Assembly (NCBI GenBank): GCA_035500505.1
Contig: DATJXE010000003.1
Coordinates: forward strand, 70,921-134,920
DNA length: 64,000 bases
Direction of reading: 5' to 3'
From: Minisyncoccota bacterium
Lineage (GTDB): Bacteria > Patescibacteriota > Minisyncoccia > Phycocordibacterales > UBA2100
A model generated the notes under the pieces. The model had not been told where the DNA came from. It worked only from the letters and a program-made list of their open reading frames with translations, and did no database searches. Positions 57,252 to 64,000 of this stretch are shown here, piece after piece. The translations under genes and the position numbers were made by a program. Positions within the stretch are counted from its first letter, which is position 1, and each line of letters starts with the position of its first letter.

Positions 57252-59552
57252 TCACTGTGCAGCGGCTGTTGATGATGCCGTGCCGACCGATACGGTCGTC
57301 GAGGCGATCCTGGTCTGTCCGCCGAGCGTCGTGCAGGTGAGATCGAATTCGGTTGGGCCGGTAATGCCGTCCGTTTGAGCGACGCCGTTGACGCTTTGGT
57401 TGTTCGCGTTCGACGCGGTGAATGCCGCGTCCTGCGGACTTGAGATGACGCACGCTTGCATGCCGGCCGTGACCCAGCCGATGGACGAGGGTTGTCCGTT
57501 CGGAACCGTCTTGGGGTTGGAGACGAGGACGATCGCAGGCTGGTTTATCTGCACGCTGCACTGCGCCCCCGTTGCTTGCGAACCGTTCGTGCAGGTGAGC
57601 CCGAAATTCGCGGTGTTCGTTCCCGAAGGCGGGGTCGTTATCACCGTCGTCGTCGAACCCGACGTTTGGTTACCCGTGGAGAAGCCCGCGCCGGAAGAAC
57701 CGGTCGCGTTCCCGCAGGAGTACGACATGGCGACCGTCATGCCGACATCGGCGGTCTGCGGCGAGCACGAAAGCTGCGCGGTCGGCGTTCCCGCAGTTTG
57801 TCCTCCGCACTGATAGCTCGTGATGCACCCGTTGCTCGCGGCCGAAACGGGTTGCCACGAACCGGTCGTGCATGAGGAAGCGGCAGGCTGCGGAGGCGGT
57901 TGCGAGCATGCCTGCCCGTTGGTGCCGACGCCGTAGGGCGTTTGCGACGATGTGCAGGAATTTGTTCCGGTGCACCCGGCGAGTGAAGTGCCGTTGAGCG
58001 TGGTGTTGCAGGAGGCGGTGCCACTGTTGTTCTGTCCGTATACGATCATGGTGTAGTTCGCGGCACCGTTCGGGTAGACGGTGTAGGACCCCGAAGGTCC
58101 GACATTGCCGACGCCGGAGATCTGGGCTTGATATACGTTGCCACTCGATGTCCAGGTGAGGTTCGCCGGCATGCCTGGTTGTGGCGGATTCGGGGATATC
58201 GAGAGTTGGCACGAGAGGCTATTATTGCATCCGAAGAGCGACGAAAGAACGGTGCAAGTATTGTTGGGGTTTCCGCCCTGGTATTGCGGGTTGCCGAATG
58301 TTGACTGCTTTAACCCTCTGAGGAATGAGCTCAGTGGATTTCCAGTGTTGTTTTGATTATTTGCTGGCGGTTGTTGCTGTTGCTTGCCCGGAGGACTGCA
58401 ATCTCCGCCAGGACACAACTGGTTAGCAGTGCTCGACCGGCAATAAAACGACAATCCGTCGTCAGTATACCCACCGGAGCTTCCGCTTGGGCATATGTTG
58501 CAAGCGGGAGGGTTGTTTGCGCCATTGGTACAGGTACCGCCTTGTGTTCCCGGAGAACTGGACAGTCCCTGGCAAATCGTTTGCCCCGTATCGGTGTACC
58601 CGGCAATTATTCCATTCGGACATGCATCACAGGTCGGAGGATTGGTGGCGCCGTTACCACAGGAGTTCGTGTTCGGAGTTTCAGGTGTGGGTTGGGTTGA
58701 TGTATTTGCACAAATGGTCTGCCCATCATCCGTGTATCCCTGAACCCCGCCCGGGCATGCATCACAGGTTGGAGGATTGGTGGCGCCGTTACCACACAAG
58801 CCATTGTTCGGAGTGATGATCGGATTTCCGTTGGCTCCATTGTCAGAGCCAGAATTGGAGGGTGGCAGATTTGCGGGTGCGGTATCGTTGACGCCATTCC
58901 CAAGAGGGACGTCCTTGTCCCAACACGCAGGCGTCCCGCCTGCAAAATAAAAGTTGACGTGACATGTCCACGGACCGCTTTGGACGGCACTTTGAACTTG
59001 GTAGGTACTGCCAGACAAAACATATTTACACACCACTTTCTTCGTGGCGGTTGGCTGACTGTCTGGATTGGTGCATTGGGTTCGATTTGCTTGGGGTTGT
59101 ACAGTCTTCGCTAATGCGGAGGGAAGGTTGGTCTGGTCGGAGGAAATGGTTTGCGGGAGGGTTCCCTTAACGGTTCCGTCAGTCGACGTATACTGGTACG
59201 CCGACTTTGCAGCTGCGTACACTTGATTACCCGATGTACAGATCCGAATTGCTTGATCTGAAAGTTGCGACGATCCGTTTTCGTATGAGGGTGTTCCATA
59301 GGCAGGGACTAACGAATACGACGGCACAACGGCAAGATTATAGTCCATCCCCTCTTGGCATGATTGATCGACCGAGGCCGCTGGAGCCGAAGCCTGTGCG
59401 GGAAGCGCGACGTTGTTCGCCGAGCCTGGTTGAAAGGCATGAAGTCCGAGCGCAACGGCCCCCAGCAGAGCCGCGAATACCAGCGCGGCGATGACGGAGG
59501 TTCCCGCCTGCGCGGCTGGCAGGCCGCGACGAGGACGCGGGCGAGAGGACAT
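57252..59552 (-). CDS. Large Cys-rich secreted/surface protein with internal repeats
   Basis: Signal/TM, three CxNGAxNPPxC repeats, C-terminal beta-rich domains. Confidence 0.8.
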   Translation of the reverse strand: MSSRPRPRRGLPAAQAGTSVIAALVFAALLGAVALGLHAFQPGSANNVALPAQASAPAASVDQSCQEGMDYNLAVVPSYSLVPAYGTPSYENGSSQLSDQAIRICTSGNQVYAAAKSAYQYTSTDGTVKGTLPQTISSDQTNLPSALAKTVQPQANRTQCTNPDSQPTATKKVVCKYVLSGSTYQVQSAVQSGPWTCHVNFYFAGGTPACWDKDVPLGNGVNDTAPANLPPSNSGSDNGANGNPIITPNNGLCGNGATNPPTCDACPGGVQGYTDDGQTICANTSTQPTPETPNTNSCGNGATNPPTCDACPNGIIAGYTDTGQTICQGLSSSPGTQGGTCTNGANNPPACNICPSGSSGGYTDDGLSFYCRSSTANQLCPGGDCSPPGKQQQQPPANNQNNTGNPLSSFLRGLKQSTFGNPQYQGGNPNNTCTVLSSLFGCNNSLSCQLSISPNPPQPGMPANLTWTSSGNVYQAQISGVGNVGPSGSYTVYPNGAANYTMIVYGQNNSGTASCNTTLNGTSLAGCTGTNSCTSSQTPYGVGTNGQACSQPPPQPAASSCTTGSWQPVSAASNGCITSYQCGGQTAGTPTAQLSCSPQTADVGMTVAMSYSCGNATGSSGAGFSTGNQTSGSTTTVITTPPSGTNTANFGLTCTNGSQATGAQCSVQINQPAIVLVSNPKTVPNGQPSSIGWVTAGMQACVISSPQDAAFTASNANNQSVNGVAQTDGITGPTEFDLTCTTLGGQTRIASTTVSVGTASSTAAAQ
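58621..58796. repeat. 41-bp intragenic direct repeat (40/41 identical)
   Basis: 58621-58661 versus 58756-58796. Confidence 0.85.
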
Positions 59553-59619
59553 GCCATCATGATACCGCGTTTGAAACGAGGGTTTTTGTTGAGGTTTGAC
59601 CCGTGTGGAAAAAGAATAT

Positions 59620-59694
59620 TGGTGCTCCCGCCAGGAATCGAACCTGGATTACAAGCTCCGCAAGCTTGCGTTCTATCCGTTGAACTACGGGAGC
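59620..59694 (-). tRNA. tRNA-Arg(GCG)
   Basis: CAAGC-TTGCGGA-GCTTG anticodon arm, encoded CCA. Confidence 0.95.
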
Positions 59695-59701
59695 AAACGT
59701 A

Positions 59702-59736
59702 AACAAAGAGAGAATACTACGGATTCTCTCTTTTTT
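59702..59736. terminator. Terminator downstream of rpsT
   Basis: AAAGAGAGAAT-ACTACGG-ATTCTCTCTTT. Confidence 0.6.
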
Positions 59737-59768
59737 CGAGTTTTATTTTAAGCGAGGTTGAACTTCGC

Positions 59769-60026
59769 TTATTTAGCGGCGATCATCTTGGAGAGTTTCG
59801 ACTTCATGCGGGCGGCGGTGCCTTTGTGGATGACGCCTCGCTTGGCCGCCTTGTCGATAGCTTGGAAAACATCGGCGAGTTTCGCCGTCGCGTCTTTCGA
59901 GGACCCTGCCACGAGCTTTTTGAAGTCCTTGACGCCGGATCTCATCGCGCGCTTGCGGCGCTCGTTGAAAACCCTCCGACGGAGGGCGGCTCGGGCTGCC
60001 TTTTTGGCCGAACTCGTGTTTGCCAT
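59769..60026 (-). CDS. rpsT: 30S ribosomal protein bS20
   Basis: MANTSSAKK, IDKAAKRGVIHKGTAARMKSKL. Confidence 0.97.
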   Translation of the reverse strand: MANTSSAKKAARAALRRRVFNERRKRAMRSGVKDFKKLVAGSSKDATAKLADVFQAIDKAAKRGVIHKGTAARMKSKLSKMIAAK

Positions 60027-60149
60027 GGCGCGATACTAGCCGAAATGCGCCCGGTGCGCAATAGAGGCATGCCCCGTCGCAAACGCTGCACTATCGAACC
60101 CTCAACGGATGCTGTAGCGGAAGTTTTGCTGCGGGGTATCATGGAGCGC

Positions 60150-60725
60150 ATGATCGGGCACATCGAAGGAGGAGTGGTGAAGGTTGGGGCTACTTTCGTT
60201 ATCGTTTCCTGTGGCGGCGTCGGGTACAAGATCGCCACGACCAAAGAGTTGGTCGCGCGACTCAAGACGGGCGAGCGGGTAGCCCTCTGGACGCACCTCG
60301 CCGTGCGCGAAGACTCGCTCGACCTCTACGGATTTCCGAACGAAGAAACACTGCGGTTCTTCGAACTGCTTCTCACGGTTTCGGGCATCGGTCCTAAATC
60401 CGCGCTCGCCATCCTCGATATCGCTTCCGTTGAGGTCCTGCGCTCCGCTATCGCCGCGGGCAACGCGAGCTACCTAACGAAAGTTTCCGGCATCGGAAGA
60501 AAGACCGCCGAGAAGATAGTGGTCGAGTTGCGCGACAAAGTGGGCGCGGCGAGCGAGTCGAGCAATTCGGCGCTCTCGGGCGACGAAGAAGCGATGGAGG
60601 CGATGCGAAGTTTGGGGTACTCGGCGCAAGAAGCACGCGACGCGCTCCGAAAAGTCCCGGCGGACATAGAAAAGCCCAGTGAGCGCGTGCGTGCAGCACT
60701 GAAGGCTGCCGGCCCGAAGACATGA
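60150..60725 (+). CDS. ruvA: Holliday junction branch migration protein RuvA
   Basis: MIGHIEG, VRED..LYGF, VSGIGPKSA, GIGRKTAEKIVVEL. Confidence 0.95.
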   Translation: MIGHIEGGVVKVGATFVIVSCGGVGYKIATTKELVARLKTGERVALWTHLAVREDSLDLYGFPNEETLRFFELLLTVSGIGPKSALAILDIASVEVLRSAIAAGNASYLTKVSGIGRKTAEKIVVELRDKVGAASESSNSALSGDEEAMEAMRSLGYSAQEARDALRKVPADIEKPSERVRAALKAAGPKT

Positions 60726-61969
60726 GCACTATCAGGGCTATCGCCCCCGCACAACTCGTCTCTCTCTATCACCTCTCGCTCGCCTACTTGGGCGCGTTGC
60801 TGCACGGCTTCCCTTCCAAAAAACTGCGCGTGATCGCGGTCACCGGAACCAAGGGAAAATCCTCGACCACGGAACTCATCGACGCGATCTTCGAAGAGAG
60901 CGGAGAGAAGACGGCGCTTCTCAACTCCATCCGGTTCAAGATAGACAACGTGTCAGAATCGAACCTGTTGCGCATGTCCATGCCGGGACGGTTCTTCATC
61001 CAGAAATTCTTGTCCGATGCCGTGAAAGCAGGGTGCACGACGGCCATTCTCGAGATGACCTCGGAAGGCGCGCGGCAATTCAGGCATCGCGCCATCGAAC
61101 TCGACGCGCTGGTGTTCACCAATCTCGCGCCCGAACACATCGAATCGCACGGTTCATACGAAGCGTATGCGGACGCGAAGTTCGAAATAGCGAAACAACT
61201 GCTTCGTTCCCATAAGCGCCCGCGCATTCTGGTTGCCAACGCCGACGATCCGGCATCGGAGCGATACCTCAAAGTGCCCGTCGAGTTCAATCTTCCCTTC
61301 TCGCTCTCGGAGGGCGGCCCACACGAAGCGGGCGAACATGGCGGCTTCTTCACCTTCAAAGGCGTGAGAATGGTCGTCGACCTCCCCGGAACCTTCTCGC
61401 TCCAGAATTCACTCGCGGCGGCGACCGTCGCAAGCGCGTTCAAGGTCCAGGAAGGGGTCATTTCGCGGGCGCTCCAAAAAGTATCGACCATCCCCGGCCG
61501 CGCCGAGCGTATCGAAGGAGGCCAGGATTTCACGGTTATCGTCGATTACGCGCACACGCCGGAATCTCTGCAGGCGCTTTACGACGCCTTCGGTGCGCGG
61601 CGCAAGATCTGCGTGCTCGGTTCGACCGGCGGCGGACGCGACCATTGGAAACGCCCCGTCATGGGCGCAATAGCCGAAAAAGAATGCGCCGAGGTCATTT
61701 TGACCAACGAGGATCCGTACGACGAGGATCCCGTGCAAATAGTTGAGGCGATGAAAAAAGGCATGAAAAAACTTCCCAGCGTCATCATGGACCGGCGAGA
61801 AGCCATCGCGACGGCCTTGCAAAAGGCGGGCTCGGGCGACGCCGTCCTGATAACCGGCAAGGGGACCGACCCGTGCATCTGTGGGCCGCGGGGAGAGAAA
61901 ATCCCCTGGAGCGACGCGGCAGTGGCTCGGGAAGAACTTGAAAAGTTGCTCGCGAGCGAGCACGTATAA
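60722..61969 (+). CDS. murE: Mur ligase (MurE-like)
   Basis: VTGTKGKSST, FTNLAPEH, VDYAHTP, GGGRD, TNEDP, GKG. Confidence 0.85.
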   Translation: MSTIRAIAPAQLVSLYHLSLAYLGALLHGFPSKKLRVIAVTGTKGKSSTTELIDAIFEESGEKTALLNSIRFKIDNVSESNLLRMSMPGRFFIQKFLSDAVKAGCTTAILEMTSEGARQFRHRAIELDALVFTNLAPEHIESHGSYEAYADAKFEIAKQLLRSHKRPRILVANADDPASERYLKVPVEFNLPFSLSEGGPHEAGEHGGFFTFKGVRMVVDLPGTFSLQNSLAAATVASAFKVQEGVISRALQKVSTIPGRAERIEGGQDFTVIVDYAHTPESLQALYDAFGARRKICVLGSTGGGRDHWKRPVMGAIAEKECAEVILTNEDPYDEDPVQIVEAMKKGMKKLPSVIMDRREAIATALQKAGSGDAVLITGKGTDPCICGPRGEKIPWSDAAVAREELEKLLASEHV

Positions 61970-61976
61970 TGGTGCC

Positions 61977-62882
61977 ATGGTCAGAAAAGTCCTCTGGTAC
62001 ATCTTCATCGGGCTCGTGGTTATCCTCATCCTTGTCTGGCTCTTCACGGGCGGCATCGACAAGATCAAAGCGGCTGCGACATCGTTCTCGAACCCCTTTG
62101 GCTCAGGAGGTCTTTTTGGTGGCGGCGCCATACAGCTGCCATGGGCCATACCGATACCGCAAGGACCTGACATCTCGAATCTCACCGGGGACTATCAAGG
62201 CGGTTCGCAAGCCCAAACGCTCGGCAACCCTTCCGCCTATGGCAATCAGATAACGATATCGGCGGACGGCGCGAGCGCGAACGATCCGCAGCAAGAATAC
62301 GTCGTCATCCAAAATAACGGCGCGGCTGCGATCGATGTTACCGGCTGGTCGCTCCAGAGCGCGTTGAGCGGCGCAAGGGCTTACATACCTCGCGGCGCGA
62401 ACTCCTTCGAGGTCGGGGCGCTCAACGAACAGACCGACATAAACCTGGCGCCCGGCGCGAGCGCAGTGGTAACGTCGGGCCTCTCTCCGGTCGGAACGTC
62501 GTTCCGCGAGAACGAATGCAGCGGCTATCTTGAGGGGTTGCAGAGTTACACGCCGCCCATCCAAACGCTCTGCCCGCTGCCGAACGCGAACCTTTCGCAG
62601 GCCGCCCAGTACGGACAAACGTGCGCTGATTTCGTCTCCTCGATCCCCTACTGCACGTTCCCCAAACAATTCCCCTCGAACATTTCTCCTGCCTGCCAAA
62701 GCTACGTGCAGAACACCTTCTCCTATAACGGCTGCGTGCAGACCCATCAGGGCGAGGCGTCGTTCCCGCTCACGACCTGGCGTATCTACCTCGGCGCCTC
62801 AAGAGAACTTTGGGGCAACAGCCGCGATACCATCAGGCTCCTGGATTCGCAGGGGCAGGTCGTTGCCGTGACGTCGTATTAA
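61977..62882 (+). CDS. Lamin-tail-like domain surface protein with Cys cluster
   Basis: TM, EYVVIQN..IDVTGWSL, LWGNSRDTIRLLD. Confidence 0.75.
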   Translation: MVRKVLWYIFIGLVVILILVWLFTGGIDKIKAAATSFSNPFGSGGLFGGGAIQLPWAIPIPQGPDISNLTGDYQGGSQAQTLGNPSAYGNQITISADGASANDPQQEYVVIQNNGAAAIDVTGWSLQSALSGARAYIPRGANSFEVGALNEQTDINLAPGASAVVTSGLSPVGTSFRENECSGYLEGLQSYTPPIQTLCPLPNANLSQAAQYGQTCADFVSSIPYCTFPKQFPSNISPACQSYVQNTFSYNGCVQTHQGEASFPLTTWRIYLGASRELWGNSRDTIRLLDSQGQVVAVTSY

Positions 62883-62889
62883 TTAGCGT

Positions 62890-63029
62890 GGGCGGGGGAA
62901 CCGAGGGCTGTTTTTTCGAACTCCGTACTCATCTCGGCTCCGATGTATATCACCATTGCGGAAATACCCCGGGGAACTTGAACGTGTCGCGCGCAATGTT
63001 CGCTAAAACAGCCCTCGGTTCCCCCGCCC
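62890..63029. repeat. Palindromic cassette E3 (25-bp perfect arms)
   Basis: GGGCGGGGGAACCGAGGGCTGTTTT (62890-62914) is the reverse complement of 63005-63029. Confidence 0.85.
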
Positions 63030-63036
63030 GACCGCC

Positions 63037-63750
63037 CTATTTCTTCACGGCCGCAAGCTGTTGATCAATGACCGTTTTAACCTGCGCATAGCTCTCAGCT
63101 CCCGCGACCATCTGGCTTCCGATGAGCATCGCCGGAGTGCCTTGCACGCCGTCTTGTTCGCCCTCCTGCTTGTCGGCATCCATTGCGCTTTGGTACTTGG
63201 TCGCGTTGGTCTGTGCAAGTTGCATGACCTGTGCGGTCTGTGCCGCGGTGAGGACCCCCGCCGTTATTTTTTGTATCTCGGCGGTCGTCGCCCATCCCGT
63301 GTTTTCTTCTCCCTGGTTCGCGTAGATGGCGTGGTGCCAATCCGCAAATTTATCCGGCGCGACCGCCCACACCGCGCGAGCGACATGTCCGAGCGTGTCG
63401 GAGTCGGCCCCGAGGAAAGAGAAGTCTTTGTAAACGATCTTCACTTTGCCCGTGTTCACGTAATCTTGAATGAGCTGCGGCATGACCGTAAGTTCGTTCT
63501 GTTTGCAAAATGGGCACTGGTAATCGAACCAGTACGCGATGGTGAGCGGCGCGTTGGCACTTCCGATGGTCGGGTTGCCCGACGAACTTACTTGTGAGGC
63601 ACTTACCGCCGCGACTTGCTGGGTGCCGGTTGCGAGAGGAGTGGCGCCCGAACCGGTGCGCCCGACCACGAAGATGGCTCCGGCGATGATTATTCCCGCG
63701 ATGACTATCGCGATGGGCGTGTAAAAGTTTGGGTTGATGCTTTGAGGCAT
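63037..63750 (-). CDS. dsbA: DsbA/BdbD-like thiol-disulfide oxidoreductase
   Basis: DYQCPFC, YKDF, GVQGTP; N-terminal TM. Confidence 0.9.
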   Translation of the reverse strand: MPQSINPNFYTPIAIVIAGIIIAGAIFVVGRTGSGATPLATGTQQVAAVSASQVSSSGNPTIGSANAPLTIAYWFDYQCPFCKQNELTVMPQLIQDYVNTGKVKIVYKDFSFLGADSDTLGHVARAVWAVAPDKFADWHHAIYANQGEENTGWATTAEIQKITAGVLTAAQTAQVMQLAQTNATKYQSAMDADKQEGEQDGVQGTPAMLIGSQMVAGAESYAQVKTVIDQQLAAVKK

Positions 63751-63843
63751 GGTTGGGGTTTCAATGTGTATAAAAGTTTTTGCAGTATAGCAGATTTATA
63801 AAAACAATCTCAAAGGGGCCTGTTATGTGCTACAGTGCACGAT

Positions 63844-63984
63844 ATGGCAAAACGAGCGGATCAGGATATCAGGAATAAGAAGTCGCGTTCCCGCAAAACA
63901 GCGAAGCGACTCGCGGCGAAACACATACGGCTTGCCGCCAAGGGAATCCGGCGCAATTCGGTGAAATTCAGGAAGCGGAGGTAG
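63844..63984 (+). CDS. 46-aa highly basic small protein (not in ORF track)
   Basis: MAKRADQDIRNKKSRSRKTAKRLAAKHIRLAAKGIRRNSVKFRKRR; TACAGT 7 nt before ATG. Confidence 0.6.
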   Translation: MAKRADQDIRNKKSRSRKTAKRLAAKHIRLAAKGIRRNSVKFRKRR

Positions 63985-64000
63985 TTTGTGAACACGAGTC

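Noticed and set aside
18472-60725. Apparent N-terminal extensions and long overlaps in the ORF track (ileS, PIF1, argS, FAD synthase, RnfD fusion, ruvA)
   Set aside because: Artefacts of taking the first start codon; downstream ATGs fit homology and the -10 spacing or operon coupling
1-64000. CRISPR array, DGR, retron, integrase or transposase
   Set aside because: No regularly spaced repeats and no RT, Cas or recombinase motifs in any ORF
1-64000. Alternative genetic code (TGA=Gly as in Gracilibacteria)
   Set aside because: Conserved genes are full length under code 11 and several end at TGA

Overview
Chromosomal segment of a small-genome bacterium, most likely Patescibacteria/Parcubacteria (CPR). 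This is an inference from tRNA-Arg(GCG), secE-nusG-rplK with no rplA, compact synthetases and ribosomal proteins, and many CPR-style surface proteins. Standard code 11 applies, since TGA is used as stop. Housekeeping content: ftsK, recA, efp, rpsF-ssb-rpsR, tatD, metG, alpha2-type GlyRS, recO, ileS, PIF1 helicase, argS, tmk, secE-nusG-rplK, rplS, pilM-N-O-P-like, ruvX, rpsT, ruvA, Mur ligase, dsbA and six tRNAs. Accessory content: (1) a ~13 kb flavin/respiration cluster with riboflavin kinase, EamA transporter, FAD synthase, FPP synthase, cyoABCD+cyoE, an RnfD/NqrB-like-FNR fusion, ApbE and an FMN-binding protein; (2) a two-subunit ATP citrate lyase with a GNAT; (3) a putative lipid-remodelling cluster. 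The main non-coding signals are a set of 136-140 bp intergenic palindromic cassettes, two sharing a conserved core but having unrelated self-complementary arms; a tRNA-Leu 3'-end duplication enclosing a structured insert; and a window-wide TAnnnT-(6-7 nt)-ATG pattern suggesting mostly leaderless mRNAs. No CRISPR array, rRNA, integrase or transposase was seen. All calls are from reading motifs by eye; no database searches were run.
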